The notes under the pieces are model-generated. The model ran no database searches, had not been told where the DNA came from, and worked only from the letters and a program-made list of their open reading frames with translations. The position numbers and the translations under genes are program-made. From Bacteroidales bacterium (GTDB taxonomy: Bacteria > Bacteroidota > Bacteroidia > Bacteroidales > UBA932), in NCBI GenBank assembly GCA_017451395.1, contig JAFSPR010000059.1:4543-68542 (forward strand): 64,000 nucleotides of DNA, given 5' to 3'. Shown here one piece after another: positions 1 through 8,982 of the stretch (positions are counted from its first letter, which is position 1; each line of letters opens with the position of its first letter).

Positions 1-1033
1 CCCTGTCTGTAAGTTCCTGAACCAGAGGTTTTTCCTCCAGGGCTTCCTCAATGACAATATCGGCCCCGGCCTTTTCAAGGGATAGCTTCCGGTTGCGGCG
101 GAGGATGAGTCCCAGCGCAAGGATAAGGCCGATTATTATTGCGCCTCCAAGGGCCACCAGCCTCCAGGTTTTCTTCTGCCGCTGAAGGATCTTGTTGGTA
201 AGGCCAAGGGTCTCGATCCTTGCGGCGAACTCCTGATCCTCGTGGAGGGAATAGTAGGAATCGGCCTCCTCAATATATTTCAAGGCCTTTCCAATCTTTC
301 CCTTTGCCAGATAATAGCTTCCCAGCCCTTTGTAGGCCGATGAAATCTGCAGCGAGTCCCCGCTTGCCTGCGCGTACTCAAGGGAGGTCTGGTAGCAGGG
401 GAGGGCCTTTTCCAGTTCCCCTTCCTCGAACCAGGTCTCTCCCATGTTGTACCAGAGGATGGCGTTAGACTCGTTCCAACCGTATTTGGTGAAGATTTCC
501 CCGGCCTTTTTGTAGTACTCCATGGCCTTTGGGATGGAGTCCATCAGGTTGTAGGTGTTGCCGATGGCCCCGTAGAGGAGGCTCCGGGTGTCGTCAATGT
601 CTATCTCGGCGTATGGCTCGTCACTTGCGAAGGATGTTTCCCCGCGAAGCATCCTCTCCGTCATTTCCAACGCCTGGTTATAGTAGAACAGCGAACTGTC
701 GTACTGGCCCCTGCCATAGTGGATGATGGCTATTCCGCTCAGGCCATCGGCCATCTTTACAAGCCAGTTCCAGCGGGTGGCAAATTTATAGCACTTCCTT
801 GCAAAGTACATGGAGCGCTCCGCGTTGATGTTCCGGTAGCCCAGCATAAGGCCCCAGTAGGCGTATATGATTTCCTCTGACTGCTTTTCAGAGGCGTCCG
901 CCCAGCGGTCTTCCGTCCAGGGGGCAACAACCCTTTCAAGGGAGTCCACGTTGTGGCCACGGTGGTCAAAATATGCGTTGGCCTTGCCGGCGGTAAGGCC
1001 GATTACGGCAAGCAGTATGAGAAGTCTTTTCAT
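1..1033 (-). CDS. TPR-repeat membrane-anchored protein with signal peptide (3' end outside window); probable sensor/regulator
   Basis: Not in ORF track because it runs off the left edge. ATG at 1033 gives MKRLLILLAVIGLTAGKANA (signal peptide), then TPR-like segments (LYGAIGNTYNLMDSIPKAMEYYKKA, LWYNMGETWFEEGELEKALPCYQTS) and a TM helix (LVALGGAIIIGLILALGLIL). Frame open to base 1; TATCTTTG -7 box just upstream on minus strand. Confidence 0.8.
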   Translation of the reverse strand, partial: MKRLLILLAVIGLTAGKANAYFDHRGHNVDSLERVVAPWTEDRWADASEKQSEEIIYAYWGLMLGYRNINAERSMYFARKCYKFATRWNWLVKMADGLSGIAIIHYGRGQYDSSLFYYNQALEMTERMLRGETSFASDEPYAEIDIDDTRSLLYGAIGNTYNLMDSIPKAMEYYKKAGEIFTKYGWNESNAILWYNMGETWFEEGELEKALPCYQTSLEYAQASGDSLQISSAYKGLGSYYLAKGKIGKALKYIEEADSYYSLHEDQEFAARIETLGLTNKILQRQKKTWRLVALGGAIIIGLILALGLILRRNRKLSLEKAGADIVIEEALEEKPLVQELTDR

Positions 1034-1084
1034 ATAGGCAAAGATAGTAAAAGCGCAGCATAAATAGTCTAAAGTGGTCAAATT

Positions 1085-1122
1085 CTATACTTTAGTATAG
1101 TATTTTCTATCCTTTGGGATGG
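1085..1122. promoter_or_regulatory. Candidate LuxR/NarL-type operator: two 7-2-7 inverted repeats 22 bp apart
   Basis: CTATACT-TT-AGTATAG (1085-1100, perfect) and CTATCCT-TT-GGGATGG (1107-1122, degenerate) between the divergent TPR and LuxR genes. Confidence 0.4.
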
Positions 1123-1175
1123 TGTTTTTCATTTTTTGGATGGCGAAATTTGTAGACGTTATTTTGAGTTACTTT

Positions 1176-1382
1176 ATGGAGAACAGAGCAATACGTCTCA
1201 CCGCCAAGGAGCAGCGCATCCTGCAGATGATTGCAAACGGCCACACCAGTCCGCAGATTGCGGAGGAAATGTGCCTGAGCCTTCCCACGATCAAGTGGTA
1301 CCGCAAACGCATTAAGGTAAAATTTGAGGCCGATACAACCGTGGAGGTTGTCCGCAAGGCCCTGGAGCAGGGCCTCATCTAG
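1176..1382 (+). CDS. Stand-alone LuxR/GerE-family HTH regulator (68 aa)
   Basis: LTAKEQRILQMIANGHTSPQIAEEMCLSLPTIKWYRKRIKVK matches the LuxR C-terminal HTH pattern. Start moved to ATG 1176. Confidence 0.85.
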   Translation: MENRAIRLTAKEQRILQMIANGHTSPQIAEEMCLSLPTIKWYRKRIKVKFEADTTVEVVRKALEQGLI

Positions 1383-1414
1383 TCTGGTAATTATTAACCT
1401 AAAATACAGTACGC

Positions 1415-1591
1415 ATGAAAGAATTAGTCAAAGGCGAATACCTCGCGCCTGAAGCAGAGGTGGTGATGATGGAGACCGAGAAGGTCGTTCTTCAGGTTAC
1501 TTCCATCCTTATCCCCACATTTGATCCTTTAAATCCTTCAAATCCTTCATCGATTGAGGATTCGGTAGAAAGAACTGAACTTAGTTGGTAA
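1415..1591 (+). CDS. 58-aa small peptide with Y-x-x-P motif upstream of lipoprotein gene
   Basis: Below ORF-track cutoff. Translates MKELVKGEYLAPEAEVVMMETEKVVLQVTSILIPTFDPLNPSNPSSIEDSVERTELSW*. AT-rich start context; stop is 16 bp before the next gene. Confidence 0.65.
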   Translation: MKELVKGEYLAPEAEVVMMETEKVVLQVTSILIPTFDPLNPSNPSSIEDSVERTELSW

Positions 1592-1607
1592 AAATGAGAA
1601 TAAGATT

Positions 1608-3698
1608 ATGAAGAGATTATTTGTAGCCCTTGTGGCTTTTGCCGCCATCTTCCCGTCTTGTCAGCAGGAAGCCGTGAATCCCCGGAACGATGAAGAAACA
1701 ATTGCCTCTGATGTTATTATTGCAACGGTCGACGAGGACACAAAGGCAGGAATGGACCGTTATGACGACGGGGGGACATGGAAATACAAGCATCACTGGG
1801 ATATGGGCGATATCATTTTCGTTTATGAGGGCACTGAATGCAGAAAATACACTTGCACGAATGCGTCCTCCGGTGTGTTTACGTTAGAGTCAACTTCAAC
1901 CATTCCCAACGGCAGGAGTTTTTCAACGATTTGCGGTGTTTTCACTTCGTTTGGTTATGGCGAGGTTTATTCTCCTACCGTTACAGCCAACAATACTGTA
2001 CGTGTTTTCAATAATGCCGGATATATTCCTTCAAGCACTCCCGGCTATGCAAATTTTATGACCGGGACTAGCACTGATGGCGTGCATTTTCATTTTATAA
2101 GCCGGGTTGGATGGCTGAAATTACAACTTCAGGGATATGGTACTATAACAAGTATAGAATTTAATAATGATCTGTATGGAGATGATTGCGTCGGAGATCT
2201 GATATATAACTTCTCAACAGGGACTTATTCTTTTGACGATACGGACGACGTACAATTGATCTATACTTTTTCCTCTCCACTGGTATTGAGCCCCTCGGCA
2301 CCAACGGATATCTACTTAACGCTTCCTCCAAGGACATACAACGGTCTTAATATTGAGGTTTACAATAGCGCCGGTGACAACTTCGTCTTATCTAGAGGTG
2401 GGACAGAAATCATAGCCGCAAATGCCGTTACCCCTATGGCAGTTAAGAGAGTTGGATATATTGAGTCCACACTGCTGGGCGGCCAAGCTTTCAATGCTGC
2501 CCTAAAAACTCTTGCTGCCGGCAGTTCAAAAGCCTACACTGAAACGGACAACCTGATAAAGGGTATCACTCTCTCCAAAAGCGAGGCTTCACCTGTTGAC
2601 ACCGGCACCGATGTAGCGGTATCCGGAGAATCCGTTTATGCTTCATTTGACGGAAGCACAGGTATCGTTACACTGCATACCAGGTCAAATACCATTTCTC
2701 TCAATGAAGACTGCCGCTATATGTTCAGCAATATGAGCGAACTGACTTCTATTGAGATGCTTTCCCAGATTAACACTTCCATTGTCGGTAGATTCAATGA
2801 TGCCACCGCCGGCCCCAAATATATGTTCAACGGATGCGCCAAACTGGCCAGCATCGATTTAAGCAAGGTAAGGACCCTTCAGCCAGAATCTTTTGAAGCA
2901 ATGTTCAAAGGCTGCGCGGCTCTTACATCTATCGATCTCTCCACCCTTGCTTCAACTTCGGCAAAAAGCGTTGCCGATATGTTCAACGGTTGTTCTTCTC
3001 TGAATGCCATAAATCTCACGCCCATCGGGATACAAGCATCAACTACTTTCGCTCGTATGTTTGCCGGATGCTCCTCTTTGACAAGCCTGGATGTTTCTAT
3101 GTTGAGGACTACGTTAGGAACGAAGTTCAATTCGATGTTTGAGGGGTGCAGCAATCTGTCAGACCTCAATCTTGGCAGCGGCTTCTTCTGTAACCCGGCA
3201 GTCGATAATCTCAACTCTATGTTCCAGGATTGCAGCAGTCTGACATCAATCCACCTGACCAGAGGCATTTATAGTGGTGAGACTTATGGTGATCTCACCG
3301 AAGCAGTCGGTTATCCTGCCGCCTTCGCTCTAATCTGTTCCGGCTGTACAAATCTGGTTTCGTTTGTCTGCGATCTCGGTGGTCTCGGCGGCAACTTTAC
3401 GAGTGCTTTTTCAGGCTGTGTCAAATTGGAGACTATTGATCTAAGTCGTGTAAGTGATAATGCCTCTGTAGCAAAGTATTGGAACTCATGTTTTAACAAT
3501 TGTTATAAACTGAGTACCTTGAAACTGAATAGCGCCCATTTCAGCGGAAGCAATACTCTGACCTATATGTTTACAAACACCAGCCGCGATGCCGCCAGTC
3601 TGGATCTGTACATATACAATTCAGCTGCCTACGACACCATCAAGGGTGGGTTGAGTGATCACGCCAAATCCATTATAAACCTGCACTATACCAACTAG
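1608..3698 (+). CDS. Surface lipoprotein: fimbrillin-like N-terminal half plus BspA/DUF285-type leucine-rich repeats
   Basis: Lipobox (AAIFPSC), propeptide-like DTKA followed by W-D-x-G-D-x-I-x-V, many MFxGCxxLxxIDLS repeats; more AT-rich than neighbours. Confidence 0.75.
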   Translation: MKRLFVALVAFAAIFPSCQQEAVNPRNDEETIASDVIIATVDEDTKAGMDRYDDGGTWKYKHHWDMGDIIFVYEGTECRKYTCTNASSGVFTLESTSTIPNGRSFSTICGVFTSFGYGEVYSPTVTANNTVRVFNNAGYIPSSTPGYANFMTGTSTDGVHFHFISRVGWLKLQLQGYGTITSIEFNNDLYGDDCVGDLIYNFSTGTYSFDDTDDVQLIYTFSSPLVLSPSAPTDIYLTLPPRTYNGLNIEVYNSAGDNFVLSRGGTEIIAANAVTPMAVKRVGYIESTLLGGQAFNAALKTLAAGSSKAYTETDNLIKGITLSKSEASPVDTGTDVAVSGESVYASFDGSTGIVTLHTRSNTISLNEDCRYMFSNMSELTSIEMLSQINTSIVGRFNDATAGPKYMFNGCAKLASIDLSKVRTLQPESFEAMFKGCAALTSIDLSTLASTSAKSVADMFNGCSSLNAINLTPIGIQASTTFARMFAGCSSLTSLDVSMLRTTLGTKFNSMFEGCSNLSDLNLGSGFFCNPAVDNLNSMFQDCSSLTSIHLTRGIYSGETYGDLTEAVGYPAAFALICSGCTNLVSFVCDLGGLGGNFTSAFSGCVKLETIDLSRVSDNASVAKYWNSCFNNCYKLSTLKLNSAHFSGSNTLTYMFTNTSRDAASLDLYIYNSAAYDTIKGGLSDHAKSIINLHYTN

Positions 3699-3727
3699 CG
3701 CTCCCTGCTTAGCTTAAATATTTCAAT

Positions 3728-3760
3728 GGCCGGCTCAATTTGTGAGTCGGCCTTTTCTTT
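3728..3760 (+). terminator. Rho-independent terminator
   Basis: Stem GGCCGGCTCA/TGAGTCGGCC (one G-U), loop ATTTG, followed by TTTTCTTT, 30 bp after the lipoprotein stop. Confidence 0.8.
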
Positions 3761-3778
3761 ACAAACAAAGTCACAAAA

Positions 3779-4411
3779 TCACACCAGCCTCTCGGGGTCG
3801 CAGTGGAGGGCGCGGGCAAGGCTAAGGACCGATGCGGCCTCGGCCCTGCCAATGCTCTGGCGGCCCTGCTCGTAGGCCCTTATCATCCGTAGGGACACCC
3901 CGGATTTATCGGCCAGTTCCTGCTGCGAAAGACCGTTCAGTTTTCTCAGTTCCTTGATGGAAACGGGTGCGGGGTGGTACCAGGAGTCAAAAACCTCAAA
4001 GACCTTGGTTATATCGGCCTCGTGGAGAGGATTGAAAAGTTCGTGGATTTTTTCTATCGGCAGGCCGCCGCGGTCTATGGAAGCGAAAGAATCGGCCCTG
4101 AACCACTGATACTGGCAAAGCGCCCAGCCCGTCCAGAAATAAGAGGAATCTTCCCAGGGGAAGGTGTACGTTTGATCTGCCTCAAGCGTGCCGCCGGTAC
4201 TTTCCATCACGCATACAGCCAACTCTATTCCGCTCATTCCCAGCGTGTATTTTGGGTGTCCGTCGGCGAAGGCATCGGCTATCCCGCTTGAGAGGAATCT
4301 GTCATAAAACTCCCGGAGGTCAATGCCGCACCAAGTGACGGCGTAGTCAATCATGACCGCAAGGTTATCCCGGGCCAGCAGCATCATATCTTTATCGTAG
4401 GCGTATGTCAT
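3779..4411 (-). CDS. XRE-family HTH protein (C-terminal HTH), partner of DUF3990 gene
   Basis: C-terminal IKELRKLNGLSQQELADKSGVSLRMIRAYEQG is a Cro/C1-type HTH; overlaps the upstream gene by 20 bp. Confidence 0.8.
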   Translation of the reverse strand: MTYAYDKDMMLLARDNLAVMIDYAVTWCGIDLREFYDRFLSSGIADAFADGHPKYTLGMSGIELAVCVMESTGGTLEADQTYTFPWEDSSYFWTGWALCQYQWFRADSFASIDRGGLPIEKIHELFNPLHEADITKVFEVFDSWYHPAPVSIKELRKLNGLSQQELADKSGVSLRMIRAYEQGRQSIGRAEAASVLSLARALHCDPERLV

Positions 4412-5072
4412 CGTTCTTTATTTTATTGCGCAAGATGTCTGTTGCAAACAGTCCGTCCACTCCCATCCCGGCACCTTCAATCTGAGCGAAAGCCCTTCTG
4501 GCATCATTGTCCCTCTTTATCCTTTTGGGATAGTAAATTGATTTGTCTACGGGTTCCGAGGAAATAAACACAAGTGCATCAAAAGCGCGTTGAGACTTGA
4601 GAAAAACCTGCTCTCCAAGATTACCCAACCGGAGCGCCCTGTCCAGCCATTTGACTGTAAGCGAACCTTGAAGAAAGGATTTGGCGATGCTGAAATATGA
4701 ATCATCGGCCCTGTATCCGCGGATAATGTCCACTCCGGACAAATCTGGCAGGAATTCAGACAATATGTATTCCTTTATCTCGTGAGTCACTCCATATGGC
4801 GTGTCAAAAACCCTGTTTGCCATCAGGACTGCAATCCAGTTGAGGGCGTGATAATCCGTGCCGGATAAATTGCATACCTTAAGCGTATAACTTGGCTCGA
4901 AACTATAATGGTTCACAAAGGCCGATGCCTCTTTTGAACAGGCCCATTCCCTTGCAAGTTCAATGTCCGGGGTGCAGTAAAAGCCTTGTCCAAAGTCATT
5001 GTGAACCTTCCCGCCGGCCTTGGTGGGATTGCTTATGATTTTGTTGGACCCGTGAAAGAGAATGCTTTCCAT
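4392..5072 (-). CDS. DUF3990-family protein
   Basis: LFHGS...DFGQGFYCT...AREWA...DIIRGYRADDSYF...LGEQV motifs recalled for this family; TATCTTTG box upstream near 5106. Confidence 0.75.
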   Translation of the reverse strand: MESILFHGSNKIISNPTKAGGKVHNDFGQGFYCTPDIELAREWACSKEASAFVNHYSFEPSYTLKVCNLSGTDYHALNWIAVLMANRVFDTPYGVTHEIKEYILSEFLPDLSGVDIIRGYRADDSYFSIAKSFLQGSLTVKWLDRALRLGNLGEQVFLKSQRAFDALVFISSEPVDKSIYYPKRIKRDNDARRAFAQIEGAGMGVDGLFATDILRNKIKNDDIRLR

Positions 5073-5147
5073 CTTGCCTTTTGTGACGTTATAACGTTAC
5101 TTTTGCAAAGATAGAAAGAGAAGTGAAGATTTCAAACAGGGGAGTTA

Positions 5148-6032
5148 TTATTTTTCAATAAGTTCTGCGGGGCCGGTGAGGAAAACGTCCTTGAAACCGT
5201 CTCCGGAGTGGGTGAACTCCACCTCCAGCCAGTCTCCGCGGCGGCACTGAAGCCTTACCGGGCTTTGGGCAATGCCCTTCACGAAGGCCGCAATGGCGCT
5301 GGCAGTGAGGCCCGTGCCGCAGGCAAGGGTTTCGCCCTCAACACCTTTCTCAAAAGTGCGGACCTTAAGGCCTTCTTTTGTTTTCTCCACAAAGTTCACG
5401 TTGGTGCCTTCCGGCTGGAATTCATCGGCCCATCTTATGGGCTTGGCCTCCGGCTCTATGTCTATGGCATCCACATTGTCCCTGAACTCCACGTAGTGCC
5501 TTGTGCCCGTGTTAAGGAAGTAGCCGTTATTTGCCTTGCTTATGCCCTTGACGTCAATCATTTTCAGGCGCACGGCCCATTTTGGAGCAGGGCTTATGCC
5601 TCCAAACCCGTGGCCACCCTCGGCCGCGTAAGAGGGAGGGGCCCATCCGTCAGGATGGGAGGGGTCGCGAAGCGACGGTTTGGAGGTATGAGCCCTGTCC
5701 AAAATCGTCGCGGTGTGCTCTCCGTCCGGGGCAAGAAAATGCCACGTGCCGTCCTCTGAGGCGGGTTTCAGACCAAGGTAATCGGCAAAGGCAACTATGC
5801 ATCGGCCTCCGTTGCCGCACATCATTCCGCCGGAGCCGTCGGGATTGTAGAACTCCATCCCGAAGTCCTGGCCAGGGGCCTCAGTGAGGATCATCAGGCC
5901 GTCTGTGCAGTATTCCCGGCAAAGAGCCTGGATGCGCTCCGGCCGGCGATACTCATCCATACCGCCTTCCCGGCCGTCAAAGACCACGAAGTTGTTACCT
6001 GCTCCGGTGAATATGTGGGGCGTTTTTGCCAT
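5148..6032 (-). CDS. dapF: Diaminopimelate epimerase carrying an in-frame ~40-aa palindrome-derived insertion
   Basis: GAGNNF, MMCGNG and ETLACGTG catalytic Cys motifs; lies within the dap cluster. Confidence 0.92.
   Translation of the reverse strand: MAKTPHIFTGAGNNFVVFDGREGGMDEYRRPERIQALCREYCTDGLMILTEAPGQDFGMEFYNPDGSGGMMCGNGGRCIVAFADYLGLKPASEDGTWHFLAPDGEHTATILDRAHTSKPSLRDPSHPDGWAPPSYAAEGGHGFGGISPAPKWAVRLKMIDVKGISKANNGYFLNTGTRHYVEFRDNVDAIDIEPEAKPIRWADEFQPEGTNVNFVEKTKEGLKVRTFEKGVEGETLACGTGLTASAIAAFVKGIAQSPVRLQCRRGDWLEVEFTHSGDGFKDVFLTGPAELIEK
5580..5704 (-). repeat. Structured palindromic element (CCCTCCC family) inside dapF
   Basis: Terminal inverted repeats CAGGGCTTATGCCTCCAAACC / GGTTTGGAGGTATGAGCCCTG; internal GTCGC-TTC-GCGAC hairpin and GGGCCCCTCCC on the minus strand. 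Confidence 0.8.
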
Positions 6033-6119
6033 CTTGCTGATTATTAATTATTTACACATTTTACTCCTATCCAAAACGACCGGAGTAAAAGTTATAACCG
6101 CTTGTTAGTCAAGGCTTTG
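6030..6119. repeat. Box-40bp-box element, core type B
   Basis: 25-bp boxes at 6030-6054 and 6095-6119 around a 40-bp spacer with TTTTACTCC...GGAGTAAAA stem; related to 11211-11300. Confidence 0.7.
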
Positions 6120-7249
6120 GCTAAAACGGCGGCCAAAAGCTTTATCCCCGGCTCCATCTTGGACTCCTCTATGAAGGAGAAGTTGAGGCGCATCGTGTTG
6201 CGGTGGCTGCCGTCAGGGTAGAAGAAGGAACCGGCAACGTAGGCTACGCCGGCCGATAGGGCTTCGTCGTAAAGCGCCACGGTGTCAATGCTTTCCGGAA
6301 GCGTGACCCAGAGGAAGAGGCCTCCGTCAGGGTGCGTCCAGGATGTCCCCTCAGGCATGTACTTCTCAAGGAGCCCCAGCATAAGGTCACGGCGGCGTTT
6401 GTACTCTGCAATAGTATTAACCAGATTTGCATCAAGCGCGCCGGATGTGAGGAACTCGCAGGCCATGTACTGGTCCAGCACCGGAGGGCAGAGGTCAAGG
6501 CACTGTTTGCACACGTAAATCTGCTCTAGAAGCGGTTCCGGGCCGATAATCCATCCCAGCCTGAACCCCGGTGCGAAGATCTTGGAGAAACTCCCAAGGT
6601 GGAGCGTCCGCTCCGGAGCCAGTTCACGGATGGTGGGAAGAGTCTCTCCGCTGTAACGCAGTTCACGGTACGGGCTGTCCTCAACTATCAGTATATCAAG
6701 CTCCCTGGCCAGTGCCACAATCTCCTTTCTTTCCTCAAGTGTCAGTGTCTTACCCGTAGGGTTATTGAAGTCAGGGATAACGTAGATGAATTTCACAACT
6801 CCGCTACCCCCCTGGACCTGGTCCACCGGGGGTATTTCCTGGACCTCTGCCCTGTACGCCCTGAAACTCTGGAGGGCGCCAAGGTACACGGGACTTTGTG
6901 CAAGGACTATGTCTCCGGGGTCAAGGAACACCCTGGAGCATACGTCTATGCCCTGCTGGGAAGATGTTGTTATCTGGACCTGCGATACCGGAACGCCGTA
7001 GCGGGAGGCAATGGCGGCGCGAAGTTCCGGAACTCCCTGCGTAGCACCGTACTGAAGTGCCCTGGTGCCATATTTTTCCAGCACTGCGGCAGCAAGGCAG
7101 GGGATCTGGTCCGTGGGGAATGTGACCGCGGCGGGGTAACCGCCGGCAAAGGAACAGATGGCCTGGAGATCCACCTTGCGGAAGATATCACGTACGGGAG
7201 ACCTCAGGAACGAGGGAACATCGGCCGAAAAAAAGCGCTCATAATCCAT
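6092..7249 (-). CDS. PLP-dependent class I aminotransferase (LysN/MocR-like); candidate N-succinyl-DAP aminotransferase by context
   Basis: SFAGGYP, YVIPDFNNPTG, EDSPY, GSFSKIFAPGFRLGW motifs. Start moved to ATG 7249, just after a -7 box. Confidence 0.85.
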   Translation of the reverse strand: MDYERFFSADVPSFLRSPVRDIFRKVDLQAICSFAGGYPAAVTFPTDQIPCLAAAVLEKYGTRALQYGATQGVPELRAAIASRYGVPVSQVQITTSSQQGIDVCSRVFLDPGDIVLAQSPVYLGALQSFRAYRAEVQEIPPVDQVQGGSGVVKFIYVIPDFNNPTGKTLTLEERKEIVALARELDILIVEDSPYRELRYSGETLPTIRELAPERTLHLGSFSKIFAPGFRLGWIIGPEPLLEQIYVCKQCLDLCPPVLDQYMACEFLTSGALDANLVNTIAEYKRRRDLMLGLLEKYMPEGTSWTHPDGGLFLWVTLPESIDTVALYDEALSAGVAYVAGSFFYPDGSHRNTMRLNFSFIEESKMEPGIKLLAAVLAKALTNKRL

Positions 7250-7254
7250 AGGTG

Positions 7255-7325
7255 CAAAGTTAGCAATTTTTGTCCGGGTTGTGTCGCCGATACTCATATT
7301 ATTCCGGGGATTTTTTGTATTTTTG
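7255..7325. promoter_or_regulatory. Divergent Bacteroidota sigma-A promoters (-7 boxes)
   Basis: TAACTTTG on minus (7255-7262) and TATTTTTG on plus (7318-7325), each a few bp before a start codon. Confidence 0.65.
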
Positions 7326-7333
7326 TATCTTGT

Positions 7334-8206
7334 ATGAAAGCACTTGACTTACACGGCTGCGGCACCGCACTTCTCACTCCCTTCAAGGGTGGGGAAGTGG
7401 ACTATGAGTCCTTTGCCGCCACGGTAGACTGGCAGGTAGAAACCGGCATAGATTTCCTGGTTCCCCTGGGGACCACTGGTGAAACTCCCACGCTCTCTGA
7501 ATCGGAGAAACTCCAGGTCCTGGAGGTGACGCTTCAGCACGCCAACGGCCGTCCCGTTATGGCCGGCGTGGGTTCCAACTCCGTGAAGGGCACCCTTGAC
7601 AACATCCGCCTCCTGCAGGATGCCGATGCCTTCCTGGTGGTTGTTCCCTTCTACAACAAGCCGCCCCAGAGGGGTATGTATGAGTATTTCAAGGCCGTGG
7701 CAGGGGCAACGGAAAAGCCCATAGTGCTCTACAACGTTCCCGGCCGCACCGGTTCCAACATTGAGCCGGAAACCGTGCTGGCCCTGGCCAAGGACGTGCC
7801 CAATATAATCGGCATAAAGGAAGCATCCGGCAAGATTGAGCAGAGCCTGGGGATCATGGCCGGCCGCCCGGAAGGCTTCAAACTCCTTTCCGGCAACGAT
7901 GAAGACACTCTTGAACTTATGAAGCAAGGGGCCGATGGCGTCATCTCCGTGGCCTCAAACGTCTTCCCGTCTGCTATGGCCGATTTCATCCACGCCCTGG
8001 AGGCCGGTAAGATTGAGGAGGCAATCCGGATGGACGCCCGCCTGAAGCCCCTTTTCAAGGCGCTCTTCGTGGAGCCCAATCCCATCCCCGCCAAGGCCGC
8101 AATGGCCCAGTTGGGCCTTATGGAAAACAGCCTCAGGCTGCCCCTGGTTAAAGCCACGGAGGCAACGGAATCCCTTTTAAAGCAAACCCTGAAAGAACTT
8201 TTCTAA
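7334..8206 (+). CDS. dapA: 4-hydroxy-tetrahydrodipicolinate synthase
   Basis: TALLTPF, LGTTGE, LYNVPGRTG, IGIKEAS, EPNPIPAK. True start ATG 7334; the upstream part of the ORF-track frame is antisense shadow. Confidence 0.95.
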   Translation: MKALDLHGCGTALLTPFKGGEVDYESFAATVDWQVETGIDFLVPLGTTGETPTLSESEKLQVLEVTLQHANGRPVMAGVGSNSVKGTLDNIRLLQDADAFLVVVPFYNKPPQRGMYEYFKAVAGATEKPIVLYNVPGRTGSNIEPETVLALAKDVPNIIGIKEASGKIEQSLGIMAGRPEGFKLLSGNDEDTLELMKQGADGVISVASNVFPSAMADFIHALEAGKIEEAIRMDARLKPLFKALFVEPNPIPAKAAMAQLGLMENSLRLPLVKATEATESLLKQTLKELF

Positions 8207-8982
8207 TGGAAGTTACCCTTCAGCAATTCAACGCCCTTATGGACGCCCTTGAAAAGGGTGAAGTCCGCGTGGCCCAGAAAGTTGACGGCGTATGGCAGGT
8301 AAACCGTGAGGTTAAGGAAATCATCCTTGCAGGCTTCCGCCTTGGCGCCATAAAGGACATGTCTCAGGGGCAGTTCCCCTTCTTCGACAAAGACACTTTC
8401 CCCGTCAGGGAATTCCGGGCCGAAGACGGCGTCCGCATAGTTCCCGGCGGCACTTCCGTGCGTCGCGGCGCGTATATGGCCCCCGGCTCCATCATAATGC
8501 CCCCGGCCTATGTCAACGTGGGCGCATATGTAGACGAAGGCACAATGGTGGACAGCCACGTCACCATCGGCTCCTGCGCCCAGGTGGGAAAGCACATCCA
8601 TATATCGGCCTCAACGCAGATTGGGGGCGTGCTTGAACCCGCCGGCGCGCTTCCCACAATCATCGAGGACGGCGCGTTCATCGGCGGCAACTGCGGTATC
8701 TACGAGGGCACAATAGTCCAGGAGGGCGCAGTGATTGCTTCCGGCGTCATAATCACCTCATCCACGGCTATTTACGATGCCACAAAGGATGAATTCATAA
8801 AGAGGAATGCCGATGGCCGCATAGTGGTTCCCGCCGGCGCCGTGGTTGTGAGCGGCTCCAAGCCCATCGTCCGCGGCGGCAAGCCCCTTGAGAGCGGTGT
8901 TCACCTTTACTGCCCGGTGATTGTGAAGTACCGTGACTCTAAAACTGAAGGCAGTATTCACCTTGAAGACTTATTAAGATGA
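8206..8982 (+). CDS. dapD: Tetrahydrodipicolinate N-succinyltransferase
   Basis: FFDK, RIVPGG, VDEGTMVDSHVTIGSCAQVGK, IGGVLEP hexapeptide-repeat motifs. Confidence 0.93.
   Translation: MEVTLQQFNALMDALEKGEVRVAQKVDGVWQVNREVKEIILAGFRLGAIKDMSQGQFPFFDKDTFPVREFRAEDGVRIVPGGTSVRRGAYMAPGSIIMPPAYVNVGAYVDEGTMVDSHVTIGSCAQVGKHIHISASTQIGGVLEPAGALPTIIEDGAFIGGNCGIYEGTIVQEGAVIASGVIITSSTAIYDATKDEFIKRNADGRIVVPAGAVVVSGSKPIVRGGKPLESGVHLYCPVIVKYRDSKTEGSIHLEDLLR

Noticed and set aside
6599-7333. 245-aa N-terminal extension on DapA in the ORF track
   Set aside because: Antisense to the aminotransferase; DapA homology and a -7 box place the start at 7334.
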